From Nitrosopumilus sp. (GTDB lineage Archaea; Thermoproteota; Nitrososphaeria; Nitrososphaerales; Nitrosopumilaceae), in contig NZ_CBDCVU010000004.1 in assembly GCF_965223225.1 (NCBI RefSeq), forward strand, positions 1,147,584 through 1,179,583: 32,000 nt of DNA, written 5' to 3'. The notes under the pieces were generated by a model, which saw nothing but the letters and a program-made list of their open reading frames with translations, searched no databases and was not told the origin of the DNA. Positions 8,320 to 17,135 of this stretch are shown in pieces (the stretch's first letter is position 1; each line of letters opens with the position of its first letter). Made by a program: the position numbers and the translations under genes.

Positions 8320-11300
8320 ATGGAACTTTCTGCAAAATTTGACGCAAAAGAAATCGAATCTCAGGTAAGAGAGTATGTCAAATCAATTGATTTGAAAAAA
8401 GAGATCTTTGCATCAGACAAGCCAGAAAAGATAAGATTTATCGAGGGCCCACCAACAATGAACGGAATTCCTCATGCAGGGCACCTGAGAGGACGAGTAA
8501 TCAAAGATTTGTGGTATAGATTCAACACATTACAAGGAAAAAAGATAGAGTTTAACGGCGGCTGGGATACTCAAGGGCTTCCAGTAGAGTTGCAAGTTGA
8601 AAAAGAGCTTGGAGTAACCGGAGGAAAAACAGAAGCAATCAAGCAATTTGGAATTGAGAGAATTGTTTCAGAATGCAAGAAAGTTGTTCAGAAATACAAC
8701 AAGACATGGCTTGAGGTAGACGACCTGCTTGGAATGTCATTTGATCATGAAAAGGCCTATTGGACATTTAGAGATGAGTTTATTGAAAGAGAATGGCAGA
8801 TTCTCCGCAAGGCCCACGAGAACGGAATTTTAGAAGAGGATTTTACAGTAATTGCCTATTGTCCAAGTTGCCAGACATCACTTAGTCATGCCGAAGTAAA
8901 CCAAGGATATGAGGAAGTCAAAGACCCATCATTATACTATAAGGTAAAACTAGTCGATGAGGATGCATATTTGGTGGTATGGACCACAATGCCGTTTACA
9001 CTTGTCACAGATGCAATGGTAGGACTGCAGCCAGATGAAGACTATGTCTACGTTGATGTGGAAGGCCAAACTTGGGTCGTAGGAAAAACAAGATTAGAAG
9101 AATTCATGAAGGAAGTAAAAATTGAAGATTATAAAATTAAAAAAACAGAGAAAGGATCATATTTTGAAGGCAAAAAATACATTCATCCATTGCTTGATGC
9201 AATTCCAGAATTAAAAGAGCATTCAAAGGCAGAGAATTTCCATGTTGCAGTATCTGAGAGTTTTGTGGATGCAAGCACCGGCAGCGGTCTGGTTCACTTA
9301 TCTCCTGCAAACGGAGAAGAAGATATCAAAATTGCAAACAAAAGAAAAGTCAAGATTTTCAGCCCGATTGATGACGAGGTAAAGTTTACCAAGCTTGCAG
9401 GAAAATACGAAGGACTGTTTGTCAGAGATGCAGACAGACAAATTGTGGAGGATCTAAAAGAGGCAGGCGCATTAGTAAAGATTGGAAAAATAAAACACAA
9501 GTATCCACTTTGTTGGAGGTCACACCATCCAATTGTATGGCTTGCAAGAAAGGGATGGTTTTACAAATTAGAAAGGCTAGATAACAAAGCAATTGATGCT
9601 GCTGACAGTGTGGAGTACTTTTTTGATCAGCCAAAAAACAGGTTTCTGGGAATAATCAAGGAGAGGCACCCATGGTGTATCTCAAGGGAGAGAGTTTGGG
9701 GTTGTCCATTGCCAGTATGGGATTGCAGTGATTGTGGAAAGAAGAGTTGGTTTTTCTCCAGGAAAGAAATAATCGATGCTGCAAAAGACCTTCCAGACGG
9801 TCCTGAATTTGAACTGCACAGACCATGGATAGACAACATTTCCATAAAGTGCAAAGACTGCAGCAGTTACAATACAAAAAGAGAAGAATACGTTTTAGAC
9901 ACATGGCACAACAGTGGATCTGCACCCTACTCGTCACTAACTGATGAAGAGTACAAAGATGAGATACCAGCACCGTTCTTTACAGAGGGAATTGATCAGA
10001 CCAGAGGTTGGGCATATACCCTGCTAATTGAGAATGTGATTTTAAACAATGGTCCGACACCGCCTTACAAATCATTTCTGTTTCAAGGACACGTATTAGA
10101 TGAGAAAGGAGGCAAGATGAGCAAAAGCAAAGGAAACATCTTGGAGGGCTCTGAGATATTAGAAAAGTACCCTGTTGATCTAGTCAGATTTTATTTTATG
10201 TGGAAAGCAAGTCCAATTGAGCCCCTAAGCTTTAGCACTGAAGAATTGATGTCAAGACCATACCAGGTAATCAACACGTTGTTTAATCTTCACTTGTACT
10301 TTAAACAGAACAGCGAGTTTGACAAATTTGATAAATCAAACACCGTAGAGTGGGCAAAAAAATCAGACCTGTTGAAATCACCTGACATCTGGCTTTTATC
10401 AAAACTGCAAAAGTTGATTCAAAAAATAACTGAGAGAAATCAATCATGCAAATTCCATGAAGCAGCAAAAGCAATTGATGATTACATAATCAACAACCTA
10501 AGCCAGATTTACATCCCAATTACTAGAGGAGAATTGTGGGATGAAGATGACGCAAAGAAAAACAGGAGACTTGCAATCTATGCTGTTTTGCAAGAAGTTT
10601 TGAAAAAACTAGACATTTTGATTCATCCGTTCTGTCCATTTACCAGTGAATATCTTTACCAGACAGTCTTTGAAGAACATCAAAGCATACTGCTTGACAA
10701 ATGGCCAACACCCCAAGACTCTTTTGTAAGTGAGGAAATTGAAGAGTCCTTTGATATCATGAAAGACGTTGTCTCTGTTTCTTCGGCTGCAAGAATGAAA
10801 GGCAAGCTCAAGAGGAGATGGCCTCTAAATGAAGCAAAAATATGCGTAAAGAAGGGACAAAAAAACAAGCTAGAGTCATTGTCTGAATTATTACAGTCAC
10901 AGCTCAACGTTGAGAAATTTACCATAACTGAAACTGAAAAAGAAGAGGGTTTGGAGCAACTAATAGAGCTGCAAGACTCAGAAATGCCGGTAAAACCAAA
11001 AGTAGAGTTGGAGAGAAAGAAGATAGGTCCCAAAGCAAAACAGCACATGGGAAAACTTGTTTCAAACTTTGGTCAAACCAATCCGGAACAAATCATTTCA
11101 TCACTGCAAAAAGACAACGGTTACACATTTGAGATTGATGGCCAAAAGATTCTCTTGGATGGAAAAGACTTTGTTATAGACTTTGAAGAGAATGAAAATT
11201 TTGCAATGGCAAAAAGAGACAGATATGTTGTTTTTGTTTCCACCACACGAAACAGAGAGATGACTGCAAAGGGACTGGTAAAAGACGTTGCAAGAAGAAT

Positions 11301-11517
11301 TCAGACCCTAAGAAAAGAGAGAGGATACAACCCTACTGACGTGCTAAATGTTGCATCAGTTTTGGATTTGGATGAGGAATCACAAAATATGATTGATGAG
11401 AGAAAAGAAGAATTGGTATTTTTGGTCAGAGTCAAAGAGATTAACTTTGAGAATACATGCAAGGAATACAAGGAAGACGACATTGACGGCCAAAAAATTA
11501 GAATCGGCATAGAATAG
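8320..11517 (+). CDS. ileS: Isoleucyl-tRNA synthetase (archaeal/eukaryote-like long form)
   Basis: 1065 aa. PPTMNGIPHAGH (the HIGH motif), WDTQGLP, an editing-domain insertion, GKMSKSKGN (the KMSKS motif), and a Zn-ribbon-like CPLPVWDCSDCG. Confidence 0.95.
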   Translation: MELSAKFDAKEIESQVREYVKSIDLKKEIFASDKPEKIRFIEGPPTMNGIPHAGHLRGRVIKDLWYRFNTLQGKKIEFNGGWDTQGLPVELQVEKELGVTGGKTEAIKQFGIERIVSECKKVVQKYNKTWLEVDDLLGMSFDHEKAYWTFRDEFIEREWQILRKAHENGILEEDFTVIAYCPSCQTSLSHAEVNQGYEEVKDPSLYYKVKLVDEDAYLVVWTTMPFTLVTDAMVGLQPDEDYVYVDVEGQTWVVGKTRLEEFMKEVKIEDYKIKKTEKGSYFEGKKYIHPLLDAIPELKEHSKAENFHVAVSESFVDASTGSGLVHLSPANGEEDIKIANKRKVKIFSPIDDEVKFTKLAGKYEGLFVRDADRQIVEDLKEAGALVKIGKIKHKYPLCWRSHHPIVWLARKGWFYKLERLDNKAIDAADSVEYFFDQPKNRFLGIIKERHPWCISRERVWGCPLPVWDCSDCGKKSWFFSRKEIIDAAKDLPDGPEFELHRPWIDNISIKCKDCSSYNTKREEYVLDTWHNSGSAPYSSLTDEEYKDEIPAPFFTEGIDQTRGWAYTLLIENVILNNGPTPPYKSFLFQGHVLDEKGGKMSKSKGNILEGSEILEKYPVDLVRFYFMWKASPIEPLSFSTEELMSRPYQVINTLFNLHLYFKQNSEFDKFDKSNTVEWAKKSDLLKSPDIWLLSKLQKLIQKITERNQSCKFHEAAKAIDDYIINNLSQIYIPITRGELWDEDDAKKNRRLAIYAVLQEVLKKLDILIHPFCPFTSEYLYQTVFEEHQSILLDKWPTPQDSFVSEEIEESFDIMKDVVSVSSAARMKGKLKRRWPLNEAKICVKKGQKNKLESLSELLQSQLNVEKFTITETEKEEGLEQLIELQDSEMPVKPKVELERKKIGPKAKQHMGKLVSNFGQTNPEQIISSLQKDNGYTFEIDGQKILLDGKDFVIDFEENENFAMAKRDRYVVFVSTTRNREMTAKGLVKDVARRIQTLRKERGYNPTDVLNVASVLDLDEESQNMIDERKEELVFLVRVKEINFENTCKEYKEDDIDGQKIRIGIE

Positions 11518-11545
11518 AATTATTGTAAACTAGTAAAAATAAAAG

Positions 11546-11580
11546 ATAAAAAAATGTGCTTTTGCACAATTTTGTTTTCT
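11546..11580. terminator. Bidirectional terminator-like hairpin between convergent ileS and amoC
   Basis: TGTGC-TTTT-GCACA (11555..11568) is flanked by an A-run upstream and TTTTGTTTTCT downstream. This gives oligo-T tracts on both strands, the usual archaeal termination signal. Confidence 0.35.
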
Positions 11581-11583
11581 TGT

Positions 11584-12147
11584 CTATGGGATTGCTCTAC
11601 TGTACAATTTGCCTTCTAGGGCCATCTTGTACATTTCTGCAACATATGGATTCTCACCAGGAGTCTCTGCACCTAATTCTACGAGTCTAGCATATACTCT
11701 GACTACGTATGCAAGTGCACCCATGAATGCTACTACAACACCCATGTTAAACATCCAGTGATTTGGTACTGCAAAGATTTCCTCTACAAACCAGAAGTGC
11801 CACATCTCATTGACTCCAATTGTAAACATGGTTGCAAGGTAACCAAGAATAGTCATCTTCAAACCAGTGTTCATTGAGTTATTTGGACCTCTGAGAACTG
11901 GTACTTTTCTATCATAGATTGCTGCTGCTCCCCATCCAAGTGGTAATGCAACAAAGTGGGAATACAGCCACCAGTGTGCTGGTGTAAATGCACTGTCTCT
12001 GATAGAAGTTTGGTGTAGAGAACCATCAACGAAGTTATCTACTTCGACTGATGCTGCAGTTGACCCCATAGCAATAACGATGAGCCAGATTTTCTTTAGT
12101 CTCTGAATCTCAACTTCTTTTGGGATTAATGCGGGCATCTGTGCCAT
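11584..12147 (-). CDS. amoC: Ammonia monooxygenase subunit C (archaeal AmoC)
   Basis: The 187-aa polytopic membrane protein MAQMPALIPKEVEIQRLKKIW...HWWLYSHFVALPLGWGAAA...NEMWHFWFVEE...NHWMFNMG matches archaeal AmoC as I remember it from Nitrosopumilus, including the conserved D/H/H metal-site context. Confidence 0.9.
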   Translation of the reverse strand: MAQMPALIPKEVEIQRLKKIWLIVIAMGSTAASVEVDNFVDGSLHQTSIRDSAFTPAHWWLYSHFVALPLGWGAAAIYDRKVPVLRGPNNSMNTGLKMTILGYLATMFTIGVNEMWHFWFVEEIFAVPNHWMFNMGVVVAFMGALAYVVRVYARLVELGAETPGENPYVAEMYKMALEGKLYSRAIP

Positions 12148-12167
12148 ATCTCTGTTTGACGTGTTGG

Positions 12168-12179
12168 AGGTTTAAACTC
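12168..12179 (-). promoter_or_regulatory. TATA-like box of amoC
   Basis: GTTTAAAC is centred ~27 nt upstream of the amoC ATG (12147). This spacing fits a leaderless or very short-leader archaeal transcript. Confidence 0.35.
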
Positions 12180-12416
12180 AGAGACGATTTCGAATAGTGC
12201 AAATCTGGAATTCTCATAAAAAATAAAAACAAAAATAAAAAAATTTTAAAAAAATGTAAATGATTTTGATGAAAAATTATATCAGAAAAAAAATTTCATG
12301 CAGCAAAATCCAATGTTAAACATTATTGCATATCATCAAAACCAAAAATTTTGCAAAAAGTATAGTGCATTGCAGTCATACTGCTTTAATCTGTGGAAGC
12401 TTACCTTGTTCAAGAA

Positions 12417-12728
12417 ATGATACAAGAAAAGTATCAACAAAGAGAGCAAGGAGACATACTAAGACTAATCTCTGATCAGTGTACAAGAGAAATCATCAAT
12501 GTTATCAGTTCTGAACCAAGATCAGCTGTGCAGATAAGTAAGGAACTGAATACAGAAATCAGTACAATCTACAGAAAACTGCACAAGCTTGAAGAGTATG
12601 ACTTGCTGCAAATAACGTTTCAAATTACGCCAGATGGCAAAAAGTCGTTTTATTACAAAAGCAAGCTAAACTCTGTTAATGCAAGCTATCAAGAAGGCAA
12701 GTTCAATGTCAGTTTAGAATTTAATTAA
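12417..12728 (+). CDS. Winged helix-turn-helix transcriptional regulator (ArsR/TrmB-like)
   Basis: ILRLISDQCTREIINVISSEPRSAVQISKELNTEISTIYRKLHKLEEYDLL followed by a beta-wing (PDGKKSFYYK). The ATG at 12417 sits ~28 nt after a TTTAAT box. The ORF track starts at GTG 12393. Confidence 0.6.
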   Translation: MIQEKYQQREQGDILRLISDQCTREIINVISSEPRSAVQISKELNTEISTIYRKLHKLEEYDLLQITFQITPDGKKSFYYKSKLNSVNASYQEGKFNVSLEFN

Positions 12729-12900
12729 AAACTACATTTACAAGAATATTGATGAGATGGCACAGATGCTAAAATCATCAACACTCTTGCAAAGTCATTA
12801 CGTCAAAATAATAAATAAACACAAAGACGTTTGGCAAAAAAAGAAATCAAAAATGCATTGCGTTGCAGTCTTAGTCTTTAAATAAATTTTTCAGACATAC

Positions 12901-13239
12901 ATGTTCATGTCACAAGTAGAGATTCAATATGATCAGTTCCTGTCATCAATTGGAAAGACTATCTCAAACATGGATGTTAATCTGCTGGTAAAGATAATGT
13001 ATCTTGAGAGAAGGCTGCCAGACGTAAATCCAAGAGTTGAGTTGCACATAGACTACAAATCAGGAGTAGACCCATTAAAAAAACAAGAAAAGATTAGAGC
13101 AAAATACGGATTCCCAATACAGCCAAGTCTGCATGGATTGACTGCAGTAGGTCAAATGAACGTTGACATGATTGAGGAAATTTCAGCAGATCAGGACATA
13201 AAATACATTTCAGGAAATGCAACACCTGCATCATATTAG
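12901..13239 (+). CDS. Hypothetical protein
   Basis: 112-aa ORF with a TTTAAATAAA box ~20 nt upstream. No recognised family. Confidence 0.45.
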   Translation: MFMSQVEIQYDQFLSSIGKTISNMDVNLLVKIMYLERRLPDVNPRVELHIDYKSGVDPLKKQEKIRAKYGFPIQPSLHGLTAVGQMNVDMIEEISADQDIKYISGNATPASY

Positions 13240-13337
13240 ATAATGATGATGCTAATTCACATCACTTTATTTTTAAAAGATAAAACAATACTTTGATCCA
13301 ATACTATCATCTCACAAATTTATTTTTCAATTATAAA

Positions 13338-13355
13338 TGCAATATTTTTATTGCA
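13338..13355. promoter_or_regulatory. Perfect palindrome TGCAAT-N6-ATTGCA overlapping the TATA region of the ferritin-like gene
   Basis: TGCAATATTTTTATTGCA lies 21-38 nt upstream of ATG 13376. An operator overlapping the TATA box is the usual geometry for archaeal repressors. Confidence 0.4.
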
Positions 13356-13375
13356 ACAGGTGACTTTACAAGAAA

Positions 13376-13963
13376 ATGTCCGAGTCGACAAGTCCAAATG
13401 TTGTTGGAATCAATGTCCTAAAACAAAACGGCCTTGATGTTGATGAACTGGTAAAAGAGCTGATAAAAAATGCAGCAGTAGAATTTACAGCATACTACTA
13501 CTTTACCAACCTCAGAGCACATTGTACAGGAATGGAAGGCGAGGGACTAAAAGGAATTATCGAAGATGCAAGACTAGAAGACCTTAGTCACTTTGAATCA
13601 TGTATTGAGAGAATCTACCAGCTTGGAGGTGCTCTTCCAAATGATGCAACAGAATTTATCAAAATATCTGGATGTGAATTTCTGCAGTTACCACCAAACC
13701 CAACAGATCATATGGCAATCCTAGAAAAATGCCTCAAGGCAGAACAAGGTGCTATTGTCAACTGGAATAAAATCTGCAAGATGACGTTAGGAAAAGATCC
13801 TGCAACATACGATATTGCAAAAGACATCCTAGCTGAAGAGATCGAACATGAGTCATGGTTCTTAGAATTAATCTATGGAAGACCATCAGGACACATGAGA
13901 AGAAAATATTCCGGTGAGAGACCACACACACATAAACATTCAAGAGCACTAGATATGGCATAA
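13376..13963 (+). CDS. Ferritin-like di-iron protein (Dps-like / DPSL type)
   Basis: A four-helix-bundle pattern with E...EDLSH and EEIEHE ligand motifs, plus a His-rich tail (HMRRKYSGERPHTHKHS). Confidence 0.75.
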   Translation: MSESTSPNVVGINVLKQNGLDVDELVKELIKNAAVEFTAYYYFTNLRAHCTGMEGEGLKGIIEDARLEDLSHFESCIERIYQLGGALPNDATEFIKISGCEFLQLPPNPTDHMAILEKCLKAEQGAIVNWNKICKMTLGKDPATYDIAKDILAEEIEHESWFLELIYGRPSGHMRRKYSGERPHTHKHSRALDMA

Positions 13964-14082
13964 TGCCAAATCATTTTCTTTCTTTATTTCTGAGCTTTGA
14001 ATTTAGTGTGACATTATTGACGACAAATAGTGAAGATGGTTTGTTTTATCACGGTTAAATAGAAAAATCACATAGTAAACAT

Positions 14083-14412
14083 GTGGTTAAGCAGATTAGT
14101 CTGGATGCATGGCAGATTCAACACTTGACAGATCTATTACAAAAGGGATCAGACATTGTCACAAAGACAAACAGACCCATCGTACTATACAGACAGACAC
14201 TGGAAGAAGAAGACGAATCATATGAGGAGATTGTCTGCACGCTAACCAAAGGATACATCATCGAACAAATGGTCACATCAGGTGGAATCCTAGTTCCAAG
14301 CTTTCACCAACAATTCGTATTCAAAATAGAAGAATATCCAGAAGAATTGCTAAGAAAAAGCAAAGATCGCTTTTTGCAGATGATTGATTTTCTAGAAGAG
14401 CAGCTAAAATAG
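14083..14412 (+). CDS. Hypothetical protein
   Basis: 109-aa ORF with a GTG start (no usable ATG). No recognised motif. Confidence 0.4.
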   Translation: MVKQISLDAWQIQHLTDLLQKGSDIVTKTNRPIVLYRQTLEEEDESYEEIVCTLTKGYIIEQMVTSGGILVPSFHQQFVFKIEEYPEELLRKSKDRFLQMIDFLEEQLK

Positions 14413-14452
14413 CATCATAGTTAATAAAGAACATAAAATTCATGAATTCTAC

Positions 14453-15559
14453 ATGCGTTTACTAGAGTTTCAAGCAAAGGAGTTGTTCAGAGAGTACGGA
14501 ATAAACCTACTTGACAGCAAATCATCAACAAATATCGAAGAAGGAAGAGTCCATGCAAAGGAATTAGGATATCCATTTGTGATTAAAATCCAGGTACCGG
14601 TCGGAGGAAGAGGAAAGGCAGGAGGAATTCAAAAATGTCAAAATGATGACGAATTTGAGATAAAATATCCACAAGTGATGGACTTGACAATTAAAGGCGA
14701 GAAAGCAAGAGCGATTTTGCTTGAAAAGATGGCAGACATCAAAAAAGAGTTGTATCTGTCATTGTTTTTGAACCGCTCAAAGAGATGTTATACAATTATT
14801 GCCTCAGCTGAAGGTGGAGTTGAAATTGAATCAGTGAAAAACCAGATAATCAAAGAAGTAGGACTAGGAGATGTCTCAGACGAGGTTGCAAAAGAGGTTG
14901 CAAAAGAGATGGGCCTTGAAGGAATTACAGCAGACGGCTTTGTTGATACGTTAAAGAAATTATCAAAACTTACAATAGAAAAAGAAGCAGAACTAGCAGA
15001 AATCAATCCACTTGCAATCATGCAAGATGACACAATAATGGCACTTGATGGAAAGTTTGTCACAGATGACAACAGTAACTTTAGACATGAAGAGTTGCAA
15101 AAGTACCAAGAAAAATCAGAGATTGAAGAACGTGCAGAAAAAAGTGGATTCTCGCTAGTTGAACTAGACGGAGACATTGCAGTAGTCGGAAACGGAGCAG
15201 GTTTGGTAATGTCAACACTTGATATGTTATCAGACAATGGCGGAAAGCCTGCATGTTTCTTAGATGTCGGGGGCGGTGCAACAACCGAATCAGTTTATGA
15301 GGCATTGACACTAATTAGCAAGATTGACAGAGTAAAGGGAATTTTAGTAAACCTTTATGGAGGAATCGTAAAGACAACAGTAGTTGCAGAGGCATTCCTA
15401 AAAGCATACGAGGACAACCTGATTGACTTGCCGGTCTTTTCAAGACTCAAAGGAACAGAGTCAGAAAAAGCAAAAGAGATGTTGCAAGGCTCTAGAACAA
15501 AAATATATGATTCTGTAGAAGAAGCAATTAATGCAGCTGTAATGGAGGTTAAGAATTGA
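14453..15559 (+). CDS. sucC: Succinate--CoA ligase (ADP-forming) beta subunit
   Basis: MRLLEFQAKELFREYGI, VIKIQVPVGGRGKAGGI, an ATP-grasp fold, and the C-terminal ligase-CoA domain GNGAGLVMSTLD...FLDVGGGA. Confidence 0.9.
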   Translation: MRLLEFQAKELFREYGINLLDSKSSTNIEEGRVHAKELGYPFVIKIQVPVGGRGKAGGIQKCQNDDEFEIKYPQVMDLTIKGEKARAILLEKMADIKKELYLSLFLNRSKRCYTIIASAEGGVEIESVKNQIIKEVGLGDVSDEVAKEVAKEMGLEGITADGFVDTLKKLSKLTIEKEAELAEINPLAIMQDDTIMALDGKFVTDDNSNFRHEELQKYQEKSEIEERAEKSGFSLVELDGDIAVVGNGAGLVMSTLDMLSDNGGKPACFLDVGGGATTESVYEALTLISKIDRVKGILVNLYGGIVKTTVVAEAFLKAYEDNLIDLPVFSRLKGTESEKAKEMLQGSRTKIYDSVEEAINAAVMEVKN

Positions 15560-16473
15560 CTGACATTTTTGGATTACTCAAAGGAAAACCCGAAGATCCA
15601 GACTATGAGAAAAAAGGAGTGATTGTTCAGGGAATTACAGGAGCATATGGTTCCCTTCATGCAAGAAACATGATGGCATACGGCACCAACGTTGTTGCAG
15701 GAGTCACCCCAGGAAAAGGTGGTCAGAAATTTGACGATAAAGTGCCAATCTACAACACCATGAAAGAGGCAGTAGATGCAACCGGTGCAAAAATTTCAAT
15801 TGTTTACGTTCCAGCAAAGTTCTTCCTAGGTGCAGCAAAAGATGCACTAGAGGCAGGAATCAAGCTGCTAGTTGCAATACCAGAACATGTTCCAATCAGA
15901 GATACAATGGAAGCATTAGAATTAGCAAAACAAAAAGACGCAGTAATCATCGGCCCAAACACTCCAGGAATCATGATTCCAGAACTAATCAAGGTAGGAA
16001 TCATGCCACCAACTCCATTTAAGGCAGGAAAGATTGCAGTCCTCTCAAAGAGCGGAACCTTGTTGTATGAAATATCAGATGCACTAACAAATGCAGGCTT
16101 TGGCCAATCAATCACAATCGGAATTGGAGGAGACCCAATCAACGGAACAAGACTGATTGACGCATTTGAGATGGTAAAAGACATTCCAGACCTTGAAGGA
16201 CTAGTAGTAGTAGGAGAGATAGGAGGAGACTCTGAAGAGATTTTAGCTCAGAGAATTATCGATAGTGGATTTAACAAGCCAACTGTAGCATACATTGCAG
16301 GAAGGGCAGCACCAAAAGAGAAGAGAATGGGCCATGCAGGAGCCATAGTCATGGGAACTTATGGTTCAGCTGAATCAAAGGTATCAATGTTCAACAAGGC
16401 AAACGTTCCAGTAGCCAAAAGACCAATTGAAGTGCCAGTACTGCTAGCAGGAAAGATGGAAAAATCCGATTAG
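15556..16473 (+). CDS. sucD: Succinate--CoA ligase alpha subunit
   Basis: GVIVQGITGAYGSLH, SKSGTLLYE, GIGGDPINGT and the MGHAGAIV phosphohistidine loop. The TTG start overlaps the sucC TGA (ATTGA). Confidence 0.92.
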   Translation: MTDIFGLLKGKPEDPDYEKKGVIVQGITGAYGSLHARNMMAYGTNVVAGVTPGKGGQKFDDKVPIYNTMKEAVDATGAKISIVYVPAKFFLGAAKDALEAGIKLLVAIPEHVPIRDTMEALELAKQKDAVIIGPNTPGIMIPELIKVGIMPPTPFKAGKIAVLSKSGTLLYEISDALTNAGFGQSITIGIGGDPINGTRLIDAFEMVKDIPDLEGLVVVGEIGGDSEEILAQRIIDSGFNKPTVAYIAGRAAPKEKRMGHAGAIVMGTYGSAESKVSMFNKANVPVAKRPIEVPVLLAGKMEKSD

Positions 16474-16506
16474 AATAAAAGAGAGCGACTGAGGAGATAG
16501 AATGAA

Positions 16507-16674
16507 ATGCCAATAACAGATCCAGAAAAGAAGCGAATTGCACAGCAGGCACGTCTTGTAATGAGAATTTGTTTTAATTGTGGAGCAAGAAACGATGTTG
16601 GTGCTACTAGATGCAGAAAATGCAGAAACCCATACCTGAGATTAAAGAACAGAAATCTCGGCGTAAAGAAGTAG
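16507..16674 (+). CDS. rpl40e: 50S ribosomal protein L40e
   Basis: 55 codons found by hand, below the ORF-track cutoff: MPITDPEKKRIAQQARLVMRICFNCGARNDVGATRCRKCRNPYLRLKNRNLGVKK. The C-x2-C...C-x2-C zinc ribbon and basic tail are typical of archaeal L40e. Confidence 0.8.
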   Translation: MPITDPEKKRIAQQARLVMRICFNCGARNDVGATRCRKCRNPYLRLKNRNLGVKK

Positions 16675-16699
16675 CAGTTAGCAGTATTATTTCTAAATT

Positions 16700-17014
16700 C
16701 TAAAAAACCATCAACCTTTCACGGTATTCAGATATTGCGATTTTCATATCAGATTTGTATTGCATTACAAATGACTTTGCAGCATCAGATTCCTCAAGTT
16801 CATCCAAGGTCAACTGCAAGTCATCAGGAAGCTGCTCATTCATTTGATAGAGGACTTTGGCAGCATCCACATACTGGCCCAAGTTCTCAGCATACTCAAA
16901 GACCAGTTTCATGCGGTCAATTAACGCGTCAAACTCATGCAATGTCATAGAATCTCTGAATAAACTGATTAGAAAAGGCAGAGGTAATTGTGCAATATCC
17001 CAATCTAAAGACAA
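16700..17014 (-). CDS. Hypothetical acidic helical protein
   Basis: 104-aa ORF with a TTG start. An alternative ATG at 16945 gives 82 aa and leaves room for a promoter before the tRNA. No family recognised. Confidence 0.4.
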   Translation of the reverse strand: MSLDWDIAQLPLPFLISLFRDSMTLHEFDALIDRMKLVFEYAENLGQYVDAAKVLYQMNEQLPDDLQLTLDELEESDAAKSFVMQYKSDMKIAISEYRERLMVF

Positions 17015-17041
17015 AAAAACTCGTGTTATTGTAAAGTTGTT

Positions 17042-17135
17042 GGACCGGTCGTCTAGTTTGGTTTGGATGACGCACTCACACTGCGTAAGGAATCAATTCC
17101 CGCAAAGGTCGTGGGTTCAAATCCCATCCGGTCCA
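17042..17135 (+). tRNA. tRNA-Val (anticodon CAC) with a 19-nt non-canonical intron in the variable loop
   Basis: Folded by hand. Acceptor GGACCGG/CCGGTCC. D arm GTCT-AGTTTGGTTT-GGAT. Anticodon arm ACGCA-CTCACAC-TGCGT. T arm GTGGG-TTCAAAT-CCCAT. Discriminator A. The extra 17088..17106 is excisable from a bulge-helix-bulge fold and leaves the variable loop AGGTC. Confidence 0.7.

Noticed and set aside
9294-11510. Minus-strand ORFs inside ileS (9294..9500, 9422..9634, 9627..9854, 9656..9973, 10680..11048, 11301..11510)
   Set aside because: They lie entirely within a 1065-aa gene with HIGH and KMSKS motifs, and their translations are Ser/Cys/Leu-rich nonsense.
14788-16184. Minus-strand ORFs inside sucC and sucD (14788..15237, 15081..15311, 15804..16184)
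   Set aside because: They are antisense to confidently identified genes. Their Ser/Pro/Ile-rich composition is the mirror image of the sense codons.
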